Shown here piece after piece: positions 51,731 to 63,844 of a stretch of 64,000 nucleotides of DNA (position 1 is the stretch's first letter; every line of letters starts with the position of its first letter). The stretch covers positions 2,544,001-2,608,000 of the forward strand of contig CM119373.1 in the NCBI GenBank assembly GCA_051294905.1. The letters run 5' to 3'. A program made the translations under genes and the position numbers. The DNA comes from Botryllus schlosseri. Lineage: Eukaryota. The notes below the pieces were generated by a model, which searched no databases, was not told the DNA's origin, and saw nothing but the letters and a program-made list of their open reading frames with translations.

Positions 51731-54014
51731 AGAGGTCTCGAAATCAAATATGCTAGCGGGTCAATTTCCTAGTTTTTGAGGACGCCGCGGGCCGCATCAT
51801 AAGTATAATAAGGGTATTGAATGTATTATTTCCAAGTAAGCCTTATTTGACGGGACCTGACAGACTGGAATTCATCGAACATCGTCAAAATGTAATATAT
51901 TCATGCATGGCACAAAAACAAATTTCTAGTATTAGAATAAAACTGTTTTTGTGCTTGGCATAATTTGTTAAAATAATAAGTTCTAAATACCATGCGAGAC
52001 GGCAAATGCATCATTACATCGTAAAAGCTGTTACGTTTTGATACTGCCGCCAATGTTCCCTCTAAGCTGCAAATGTGCGCAATTGCGCAGTGCTGTCACG
52101 GTCTCTGCGCACAGAAAATATAAGTTGCGCACAAAAAAACCCGAAGCGATGACCTATCATTTAGTCGTTACGCATTGTTGTCTGCAGTGAGTTGGTGAGT
52201 GCGCGCAGACTCGTCAAAATTAGTGGGAACATTGATTGCAGCTATAGTGGATATTTGGTGTGTCATATTTATAGGAAGAATATATTAGTATTGACCAAAG
52301 ATTAATTTGATATCATAGCATTTGCGCAGTGTAGCCTAATCCGGGTTTCTGGTATAGTCCTGATAAGCAGGCGATTGTTCATGTCATTGCCAAACCAAAT
52401 TTAATCAGCGTTAGATGTGACTTCGATTATTGGAACAGACCGATAACAAATGAAATATAATAACTATTGTGCCAAAATAATAGCATTGCTTTTTAACCTT
52501 TATAGCAATCGCACCTCTTGTGCTTTAAAGAAGATTTCTCGTACCCTAACACAATTTCCAATGGTATTAAAATCAACCGGCCTATTCATAAAAATTCGGG
52601 CGCGGCGCAAACATTATTTTTCAGCCGATAAATTAACCCCGAAATTATTCCCCTTTTTGTTGGTTTGCAAAACAATTTCAACTTCTAGATAGCAAAGAAT
52701 TATTAAATCAATCTAAAGAAATAAAAGCTGTGCTGCTATTCGATATATTTTTAGAACAGACTCGCGGGCTACTCATCTGGTCGTCGCGGGCTACCTTGGG
52801 TCCGCGGGCACTATGTTGGTGACCCTTACAATACTGCATTCTGGGGAAGATGTTCCTAACATTTTGAATAACAACCCCTTCTTGAAGGTGTACCTGCTTT
52901 GCATTAGAAGAAATGTGTAAAAATAAATTTGTAACGTGAACAAAACAGACGAATTCACACACCAGCATAATGTAGAGTCCTTTGTTCAGATATGATGAAT
53001 GTATTCAGTCCACCGAGAGTCCGAGACACACAACTCAGAACAACACGCATGTGCACGGCTGGGCTGGAAAAGGCCAGAAAGACGATCTCATGATTACAAG
53101 AAACCACGTGTTGCGATCATGAAATCAGATTATATAGAGAAGAAGGTTTACAGCAGCAGCACCACAGCTACGAAATTCGTAATTATTGATTATACATAGA
53201 ATATAGTAATTAAAGTGTTGCTCTGGGATTACAAGACTAGCTGCCAATCAATTTATGAGACCAAACGCTGTCCACAAGTACTGGCGCATGAACATAGGAT
53301 GAAACGCAAATATTCACACTTAATTTGCACCTCGAAGAATTAAACATGGAAATTAAGTTCTTGTTGTTTGCGGCATTCATGGTGTTTCTCGACTACTATG
53401 GTCATTAGCACCAGGCAAATTTTCTTCATTTTCATTCCGTAGATGCCGACTTCTATACTTTTATAAGACACCGCTTATACGGAAGAGATGGCGAGGAGGA
53501 GCCTAGACACCTCCAACACTTAGGTAGGAATTCTGGAGTCAACCTCGGTCGGACTGAAACCCGCAACCCATTGATGTCGTAGCTGCGGCGTAACGCATGT
53601 GCAATCATTAAAGAGCCGCAATCAAAGGCCGAAATAGCCACATGCGGCTCGCGAGCCGCAGCTCGCCCACGCCTGCTACATAGCATACGACCGCATTCCG
53701 GCGGAGAATTGTGATGGCCCGTCTCGACGTCATATACTCATGTTAAATTAGTTACTGAAAACTTCGCACTGCGGAGAGGCCCTTGTGGGGTTCGGTGCCA
53801 TCACTGATTTCTTGAAATATTGCTTGTGTATAGAAGTTTTCAACTGTACTTGCAGAACACCCCCTCAGGCTTACTATCTATGCTCCAATATCGCGAGCAT
53901 TAGGGCGAGGTATATCGTGGGTATTAATCTCTACAGAAATGCGTTGTGAAAATTCCCCTAATTTTAGCAGCAAGGCGTAAACGTTTATCTCTGTGTAGCA
54001 GTATGCTCGACTAA

Positions 54015-54429
54015 TCAAGTGAAACTAAACAAAATCAGGCATCTGATGATGCTGTAGCAGCCGCCACAGTAATATCAACTACGGTGCGCTTCCTTCTGAA
54101 TCCTTTGTTCAGAACATGATTCGCTAATGAAGTACGAACATACGGTGTTATGATTGAAATCAATGCAGACTCGGTAGTAGGGTTTCATATAAAACTATTT
54201 AGAGAGAATACACAATGAAGATCATCGGAAATACTTTTGTTGACATAATCTCGTTTAATATAGTAAAATATGATTAGCGCGATAACGCCGGGTGTTGCTG
54301 CGATGAAGTATAAACAATTTCCGACAGTTTGCTGTGGGAACAATTCCATCCAACATCTATATAAGGAGTTTCATATTTTAGCCACTCCACATCGATCAAG
54401 AGCTACGATAGCACTGGAACGATACCAAA
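54015..54429 (+). promoter_or_regulatory. Promoter (TATATAA at about 54358) and non-coding exon 1 (about 54383-54429) of copy C
   Basis: TATA box about 25 bp before the conserved CACTCCACATCGATC. Intron 54430-54499 (GTAAGA...TTTTTGCAG). Confidence 0.8.
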
Positions 54430-54506
54430 GTAAGAATATAGACTGCGAATTCAATACTTTGTTATGGTGATATGATAACACTCATCTTGTTTTTTGCAGC
54501 TTCAAC

Positions 54507-54809
54507 ATGCAGACTAAAACCACTCTGATACTTCTCGTCGTAATCGGGCTTGTCCTGCAGGCTGATGCCTTATGGTGGTCAAGGAGACGCCGTTATTACG
54601 CCAGGAGAAGGCGTTACGACCAGGAACGTGGCTACTACGGTATGGAAGAAGACGAATCGAAGGGTTACTACGGAATGGATGAAGACGAATCCAAAGGATA
54701 CTACGACGAATCGAAAGGTTACTACGGCATGGATGAAGACGAATCCAAAGGATACTATGACGAATCCAAGGGATACTACGATGGAGCTAAGGGCTACTAC
54801 GAAGAATAG
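54507..54809 (+). CDS. Secreted peptide precursor, copy C (100 aa, intact): signal + LWWSRRRRYYARRRRY + acidic tail with 7 (K/R)GYY units
   Basis: Hydrophobic signal ending A-D-A, conserved gene structure across paralogs, repeats differing mainly at synonymous sites. GTGAGT donor directly after the TAG. Confidence 0.92.
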   Translation: MQTKTTLILLVVIGLVLQADALWWSRRRRYYARRRRYDQERGYYGMEEDESKGYYGMDEDESKGYYDESKGYYGMDEDESKGYYDESKGYYDGAKGYYEE

Positions 54810-55350
54810 GTGAGTATAGTTATTACAGTGACTGCTTGCTATATTCCTCAATATTACCTACCAATTGTAATAGGGAGCATGGGGACTTATTTTACGTAAC
54901 CTGACATCAACCTTCGATATAGTGTCAATAAGGATTTGATCTTCCACTTCTCCTACATTTTACGGAACAGTGGATGATAAATTAATCAAACCAAGTGACA
55001 TACGCCATTACCTAAATTTAGGGTAGTCTTAGAAATAATAGATTTTCACATTTCCAACCACCATAAATTATTTCACCGAGACCGGAAAAATATTCTTCAA
55101 AATTTGTTACTATCGTCGGGACTATTCACGTGAACTCGAATATATTAATCTTGATCGACAATTAGGATACATATGACCCCCATCAATTTTCGTTCCGAAA
55201 ATGCGTAATTTCTAGCGAATCAAAACTTAGACAATATGCAGTATGCCTACTTATTGTGGCTTGTAAGATGTAGATTTATGCATGAGTCGGTAAAGACTGA
55301 CAGAGTATCAACATGAGTATTACTGATCATTGATATTTTATAATTTTCAG

Positions 55351-55420
55351 ATCCTCAAGACCAAAGTCAATGGCAAAGTGAAAATCTACACACATATAAA
55401 AATGAGTGTACTATAAAAAT
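55351..55420 (+). other. 3' UTR exon 3 of copy C (3' end approximate)
   Basis: Acceptor aattttcAG at 55349-55350. Homologous to copy B exon 3. Confidence 0.65.
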
Positions 55421-56775
55421 ATATCTTAAACAGTATTGCAGAGTATTGTGTCTGCTGTCAGATAGGGAACTGATGATATATTAGTGATAGAGGAACATGG
55501 TTCACTGGCTCTACAAATAATAGGGCATGGCTATTTGCAGCTATACGCTCCTATACCGTATCACGACTTGTTCACTCTTGCTATCCAACAGGGATGCTAA
55601 GCAATGCTAATGGAAGTAATGCTGAGTATAGTACATGAAACAATGGTGGTACTATAATCGCATATTTCAATCAAAAATGGAGATTTTTATTAGGAAATGC
55701 GTGTGCCACATTATAAGCGCTCGTTCACCATGTCGAGTTTTCACGTTGTTGTTCATCAGCAGTAACAAGTCTATTACACACTTGCACTCGGTACAAAGTT
55801 TTACATAATATGTAGAGAAAGGCAGTTAAACTCGGAGGCGAAACGCCGATGCCAAAACCGCGTATGCAAGTTACGTTGTGCGCAAAGACTATAAGGCGAA
55901 TATAGGTTCTCTCGCTGCTATTAACACATCACTGAAAATTATGGGTGTTAAAAAAAGTATATTTTTTCAAATTTCCTCGGCTTACTTGTCAAATCGTCAG
56001 GTTACAATAAAAAACATTGCACACTAAATTTGACTCAATTCCAACCAGTAGATAAGGTTAGTCAAATTAAAATTTCGATCACTTTTGAGATAATAGTATT
56101 TACGGTGACCAATTTCGTAACACCGACATGAGAAAAAATCGTGTTCCGGATATGCCTGAAGAGGCAGGAATGCCTTTTCCACTTGTTTTTATCCTTGCAA
56201 GGGCCTACGGTGGAGTTTGGATGAAGACATCGCCAGTAAACGAGAAAAAGATATGACACGGATTAGCAGGAAATTAGTTCATGTCATTGAAATAGAAACG
56301 TTAAAAGGATGGTGAGATAATTTTCAAATAGAGTACTTTACGCACTTTGTGAAAGTCTGATAGGTGAATCGATTTCGGCTCTCTGTTACCATATTGGGAC
56401 AGCTGCAAGGAATATCTCATTAGATCTTGGATTCTGTGACTGTTGACTGCTGGCCGACTTGTATTCAATTTTAAAGCTACTTCTAATTTTAATACTTCAT
56501 CCTCGAACCATACATGGTATTTTGGGTTTGACATTGACTTTAACCTAAAATGGAAGACGCGAAGACCCCAATTTGTAATCCGTGCAAAAGGCTATCTGCT
56601 GCGGCCGGAATTGTAGCTTGAAATTCTTGTTAGAAAACCATATATATACCATATTGTCACACCAACCTTCTTCATGGGTTATGTGTATTTGGGATGGCCA
56701 ATCGGACAGATTTGAACAGAATTTGTTGAGAACAACATCGAGCCATAAGGAATATCGGTGACATCGATTCTAGAC

Positions 56776-57278
56776 TAGACCTGGGCAGAGTGCGACCCGC
56801 GCAGCTATTCTGAGCGGCCCGCGTGCCCGTTGCTTGAAAATCAAAACATAAAATCTACTTTTGAATATTGCTGTGTGGAATAAAGCCATGGACTGTATAA
56901 ACAGAACCAGAACGAAGCCGCAACAGTTCGGAAGGCAGCGATCAAGACAATAGGCTTTGTAGTACCACAAATACATTTAAATGTCTTAATATAAAAACGT
57001 GGATTAAAGAGAATTCAAAACGTCTCATGTTTAACATTGTTTCGAATTATGACAGAAATTAAATAGATTATTGGTTTTTGTTAATTAACCGTTATTTTGC
57101 CATCATCTAATATCAATATATCCACGCGAGCAGCATTGATTAACAATGTAATTCACTGCTTTAAATTTAGAAATAAAATTAATACGCTGAAGGATATAGC
57201 TAAACATTTGTACTCGGCCCGCCAACGTATTTTCTGTTGCTCATTCGGCCCGTTGAGAAAAATAATTGCCCACCCCAG
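56776..57278. mobile_element. Degenerate hAT MITE
   Basis: Ends ..CCTGGGCA / TGCCCACCCCAG, TSD TTCTAGAC / TTCTAGAT. Confidence 0.7.
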
Positions 57279-58991
57279 TTCTAGATTATACCATCTGCCA
57301 CCCTGGTTACCTACCTTTTTATGTATTATCTGATTTATATACTTATGCAATAGCTTGGCTGATGAATAAATTTAAAAATAGCATTATTTCTTCTTTCTTT
57401 GATACCTTATTTCAACAATCTAGTATTGCACAAGGTTATTCAACTTGATCGGGGTGTTAACACCAATTTGGGTAGCGGGCCATATTTGGACGTTTTGAAT
57501 TTTTGGTGGTCGGATCAGTCAAATCATGCAAAAATTTTACCACTAATTCCGTACCATTGTTCATAACTGGAATGCTTCAATATGGTGTTTATATATATGA
57601 TACATATTATTGTATAATATTAATAATCCCAGGGCTCAATGGTCGCAACAGTTTTATTCGCAACAATGGAAGTGGCAGTTATACAACGATGGAGCTATGG
57701 AATACCGTTATAAACCACTGGAATAGTTGCTCTGAACGGCAGGTCACTACGACGCAAGTCGATATATTTCTTTGTACTGCCGCCGTTTATTTCTTATGTT
57801 ACTGCGTATGCATTGTGTAGGGTTGTAACCAAGTCACGAGGTTACGAGTCAAAAGTCAATATTACTTTTATAGTTTTTACTGCAGTGAATCCGAGTCATT
57901 TTCAACTCACCACCAGGTCGCTTCAGACTCCAAGTCAGGAAGCAAGGGGTCGAGTCCGAGTCATGGTGTTTAAATTCGAATCCAAGTCACAGTTTCCACA
58001 TTCATTATCGAGTTCAAGTTAAAATAACTCAATATTTTCAAAGTCTTGGATGATAGCGAAGGCCAGCCATTCATAATACGCCAATTTTTCTCATTTTGAA
58101 CATGATTACTCAAACAGATAAAAGACGGTTTCTGGGCTTATTTTTCAAGTCTCGGTTCTGATAAATGAGACTTGGATGCATCAATACGGAATGACTAGGT
58201 CGATTCAATCCACGAAGTGACTCATGTTGATTCGGGTATTTTCCATTTTAAAGAAAACCGAGTCTAGTCAGGCCGAGTGTACAAAAGTTCCAACAGGTTA
58301 TCAGGGTGAATATTAACGTAACTTTCAAGAGGTATTTTCATTGATACGGACGACAGCCACCGTATCTCAGTGGTATCTCGGGTGTGTCAGACCGCGGTGC
58401 GGGATCGATTCCTCTGAGATGTTTCGTGAACTCCCGGTCCCTGGTGAGTAGCATTACAGTCATATTATCGTCATAGCCCTTTAGGACTGATCCAATAGTG
58501 TTAGTACTGATCTAATGCTAATTTACTACTGATCGATGCTACACTAGGGACAAGTCGAAGTACTCATTTGTGTCTCATTTCACATACTGCTTTATTTTCA
58601 TGCGGATGTTGGTATAGAAAACAGGGCTAAAAACAAGAACGTTAGGTAAGTTGTATTTAACCGTGTTCCATGTTAACGCAGGGAGTTCTCTGGCCCAGTT
58701 GTCGCGGGTTCTCTGGAAGTCACGACACACATTCAACTCTTGATTTGAGATGATACACCCGTCTTTTTTGTGGGCATAATCTCAATTTTAATGGCGCAAC
58801 TGGTATCCTGCCGCTGCGTCTCGACCGAACATTACCATGACACTCTTCAAGGTGAACTTCGGATTGGTGATCTGGGATCTGAAATGACTTTATCTGATGC
58901 GACAATGAAAAGAAAGGAATCTCCTACTAATATAGTGATATATATTTCACTCTTAACTTTTACAGGAAAACTTGCATATGAGTGTACAATG

Positions 58992-59309
58992 CAGGGTTAT
59001 TATATATTTTAGAAATCGGAAAGGAGGACACTTAATACCGTTTTCTACTCCACATTGTCAGGTGGTTGACTAAAATAAATATCATAGAAAAATTCAACTT
59101 TCCGCCTAGCTCCCGATATACCCGCCGTAGCGTCACTTCGGTGCTGATTTACGGCATATCAGTCGCATTTTGCTATAAATATGATCTACATTCTCAAAAA
59201 AGAGGACAAAATCTCAAAAAAGAGGACAAAAGGGCGTCCTCCGAGGACACTTTCAAAAAAGTCAAAAAAGAGGACAAATCCTCTTAAAAGAAGACGTATG
59301 GTAACCCTA
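58992..59309. mobile_element. MITE (inverted relative of 39573-39916)
   Basis: End TATGGTAACCCTA, GAGGAC repeats, TSD GTACAATG / GCACAATG. Confidence 0.75.
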
Positions 59310-62300
59310 GCACAATGAATCTCAATGATTCGATGTAAGTTGATCCCCCTCAGGGATTAGCGTACTTGATATGTTGAGATCCAAATCCTTATTCTGCTTG
59401 TGACATTGCAACACCAGTCCAAGTCGAAATCCAAAACTCATTTCGTAACATATACAAATCCAGCAATGTGTATATCTAAATCCAAATCCAGCTTGAAAAT
59501 AACCAGTAATTTATACGCAATCCGAATCCGGCCGGGATCTTCAAATCGACTTTTTCAAAGCGCAATCAAAAGCCATGCTCATATCTGGTACATCGTTCCC
59601 ACATTATTATGAAGAGATGTGCATCATAATTGTTATGACTTTAGCAGCTGCTACAGTATCATCGGGCACCTGATTTGTTTACATAACTGGATTATCATGA
59701 TTTCCTTTTTCGCGGGTTTTGCTTACGAAGCGAGTTACAGCGGCCGAAAACGCCCCTTCATGCCAGCCTATCATGAAAACGATATGCATTTGTTATGCAT
59801 TTTAATATTATAAGATCCCCATAGGTTGGTTTCACATCCAATCCAATTCGTGAAAACAAGACACATAAACCAATCCTTATGGAGATATATAACAGTGGTG
59901 TAGTGGATTCGGTCTACGCGTACCAACCTTTACCACTTTTTGTGTCTTTTGGGGGGATACGTGAAAACAGAACCCATCCCATCCCATCATTAGACTACAC
60001 GTTGGTATGAAATATTGTATTTCACCCGTTTTGACCTACTGGATCTTTTGACGCAGACAGTGAGTGCCGATAGCCCGGTTTGGACCCTACGTTTTGGTGC
60101 AGATTTGGTGAATGTACCTAGCTCGCCTCCTCCATTTTCTGTTGAATTCTAACAAAAGACACGTTACAACAACCAAGTATGATCAGATTTAGTGTTAAGG
60201 CAGGAATGCAAGTTCATTACCTAGCAGCAGATGCAAGCTGCTGCGGTAACCATGAGCGAGACAGCGAAAAGGTGCAATCACTAAATGTCGCTGTCTCACA
60301 AGATCAATGAATCATCAATAACATCGCAACATTTACAGTGTATGTCTGAAACCAGCACTATTGCTCCACAGCAGGGCCACAGCGATGTGTGAAAACGGTT
60401 CATTAATTCCTATTGAGATATATTCGACGGTGGGATTCTGCCGGTTCGTGCAGGTTGTAGGCTATACAACCGTCTCATGTAATTTTATGTGATCAGCGAA
60501 CCGGTTAGCATTACCGATTACCATCGATGAATTTTTTGAATAGAAACTGTTGAAAATACTACTTTTGTGATGGAACCGGCTGATAAGAAAGATAATCTAA
60601 CTAATGTTTATGTTACGGCTGCGTTCACCATAAGACGCCAAGGTTCTGGTGCACTTATAGACAGAACCCACTACACCTGAGGTCCTGAGATATATCTCAA
60701 TCAGGATTGGTGTATTTTACTCGATTTAGCCCATTGGATTGGGTGTGAGAGCAACTTTTGGTAACAAAGATTGCTGATGGCCTGACCTGCATGTTATGAT
60801 GAATATTTGTGAATTCACATCCCAGCAAACACAAAACCGTAAAAGGATCATCCGGGATCATCTCGATTAGGTTCTGATTTTCTAAGTGTCGAGGGAATGT
60901 CTAAAATACGTAGTAGGATGGTCTTGTGGTTATATTCAATCAGAATAAATTCATACTCGGTGTTGTTCCATCTCATGCATTAGGCTTCGTTATATCCGGT
61001 AGTTAACCTAATAATGCAAATTTTCTATCTCTCGCGGGTACGACTAAAATACGTAGAAAGGATGACTTTGTCGGTACATTCAATCACGATGAATTCTATC
61101 CGGTTTTGTTCGATCTCATGCGGTAGCTTCGTTCTATCCATTAGAAAACAATGTTCTCCCTTCGTTTTATTGCGTGAGGATGTCACCGGTGTTGTATATT
61201 CGTGTTGTTGCTCTAAGGTCGAATAGTTTTGTTTTCCTCTGATATATATGATCTTCATTATATATATATTCGCTCTTTCGGTAATCTCGCATGTTCAACG
61301 AGTATGGTTAATAGTTTTATTCAGAGAATAACTAAATAAGTGATATGTTGTACGTTTAGGAAAATGATTATCGATGCGTGACTTCTAGAATATTTCGGCG
61401 ATTCAAATTTTACGTCATCGCGCCATACAAAGATTTGAAGCGCAACAGGTCGCAGCCAGGCATAGTTCGCTCTTTCTGTATGGTAAATGCCGTAAATATA
61501 TAGGAATTGTGACTGACTGAGGTAGCGGGTTAAAGGTATATATGCGGTAGCATATAGCTTATGGGGTATTTCGAATTGCCTGTAGTATATGACGCCTAGA
61601 GCTGTTTGACTTTCTGCAAAACAGGTGTAGACAACTATAGAAAAGTTTCAGCTTTTCCAGGTTAGAATTAGAGCTAAACCGTTTTTCCGAATTAGATTAC
61701 AATTATATTGCTGGCATTTCGCTCTAATTTAGTGAAATTAGACCACTATAATTCGCTTCAAACATCTGAATTACCGGTACCTATACCTACGGTATATCAT
61801 AATATTTATGCTTGAATTTTCTAGGTATATAAGTCATATAGATACATTCCTGTAGAACACTGATTCATGATTTTATAAAAGTTGGTGCAAGAATGGACAT
61901 TTTCAACTTGATGTTGATTAATGGAGCAAAATTTGATATTTGAGTGCAATTATACCTCGAATCCAGTGACAAGATTATTAATCGTTGAAACCAAACGCAG
62001 CTTGATTATGTTGGCCCAGAGAATTTAGCTAGCCAGACTAAATTGATGGAATATGGTCACAGTAAGATAATATTTTGGGCTATTTTACATGAACTTTCCT
62101 ACATTTGATTTGATATGTCCACTAGAACAGTTGTTATTCTGCTTTCGAATAAGACCTTAATTGCTGGTTTCAATGGTAACTGTGTTTGTCAAAGGCTGCA
62201 AAGGTAATTTCTTTTCCTTGTTATATGTTTATTTGTTTGTTTGTGGTGTTCATGGTGGTGATTCGACTACACTGGTCATTTTACACCAGGCCGGTTCTTA

Positions 62301-62323
62301 TTATTATTATTCCGTATCTGCCC

Positions 62324-63213
62324 GATTACCAGTGAACTCGGCACTTGGTGAATTCGGCCGCACAAACTCGGCACTTGGTGAATTCGGCCGTGGTAGATCT
62401 CGTAGCGGTACCGGTCACCATGATTGGTTACTGGAATGTTTGCCGGTGAACTTGGCACTTTGAGTGGTTGTCAATGTTGTACGGCGGTCAGGGCATGCGT
62501 AGATCACACAGTCACGGCGTGATTAGATCACAGATTGCGTAATTGCGGGAAATAACGCGACGCTCTTTACTTGGTGAATTCGGCCCTTGGAGGAATTGGC
62601 ACTAGAACACCTTCGCATTAGAAATGCATTTAGTATGAATGAACAGTATCAAAAAGGAAATTTAAACGTGTCGTGGCTCGTGGTAAATCTCGTAATCTTG
62701 GGATCCTTCAACCGTGTCATCGAGACACCCTAATCCCAGAGTGGAATCGTCTCTCCAAAGGCAAAAAATAATTTATTTTGACTTGATCATGCGAAACATT
62801 TGTTGATGAGGAACACTGGCTTGTCGTGATCGATAAACGAAGAAGCGCCGCTTGATGTTCCACAGTTTTGATCTCACATACAACGCCAAGATCCATCTTC
62901 TCAAAACTTACACGACACAGGCCCGTGACTCACGCCATCGATTCCAAGCAGACCGCGCGTGGTCGGTATATGAGCGCTGTGTTATTTCCCGTGGCTACGC
63001 AATCCGTGATCTAATCACGCCGTGACTGCGCGATCTACGGATGCCCTGACCTCCTTACAAGATTGACGAATCACTTGATAATACTATTATTAGTTTGATA
63101 ATTCATATTAATAGCTGTAAATACACTTCATTTCAAAATTTCCCGAGGACCGAATTCACCAAGTGTCGAGTTTGTGCGGCCGAGTTCACCAAGTGCCGGG
63201 TGCATCGGCAACC
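62324..63213. mobile_element. Non-autonomous TIR element inserted in a SINE
   Basis: Inverted ends with GGCACTTGGTGAATTCGGCC repeats, internal inverted segments, TSD ATCTGCCC. Confidence 0.8.
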
Positions 63214-63844
63214 ATCTGCCCACTTACAGCACGGCCCACTCCTAGGCTTTTTAAGACATGGCTATGCGAATCAGATGGCGAGGAGGAGCCTAGATAAACG
63301 GCCAACACTTCGGTAGGAATTATGGAGTCGACGTGTCACGCTCGAACCCGCAATTCATTGGTGTTTAGCTATAATGGAACGTACCACTACGTTTCCTCGC
63401 CATACCTTGTAAAATGAGACCGTAGCATTTGGCATTTCGTGGGGCAATTGACTTTTGTGTGGAAAATTGTGTTCGTTTTAGAACTTATCCGAAACTTTTA
63501 TTCCGCCATAGATTGTATATGATAAAACGATATCGGAATTGATCCTAGAAGAATTCCAAAGCAACTCACCACAAATGAGGATTTAAAGAAGTTTGATGGA
63601 AAATTGAATGAAAGCAAAAGCCTTTGCAAGAGATGTGGTATGTTGAATCTGTTTTGGTATTTTTAAATAGGTCTACTTTGTTGTGCCGATAGCAGACGGT
63701 ATATATAAACGTAAGATGTGGAAGCTATCAAGGTGTTTTTAGAAATTCAGTCAGTCAAAGTGGACGATCGTATTGCTTGGATTATATTTAGGCTTATTTT
63801 AGCATCTTTGAGATGCAACTCTAAACGTGGACGGTCATGAACAG

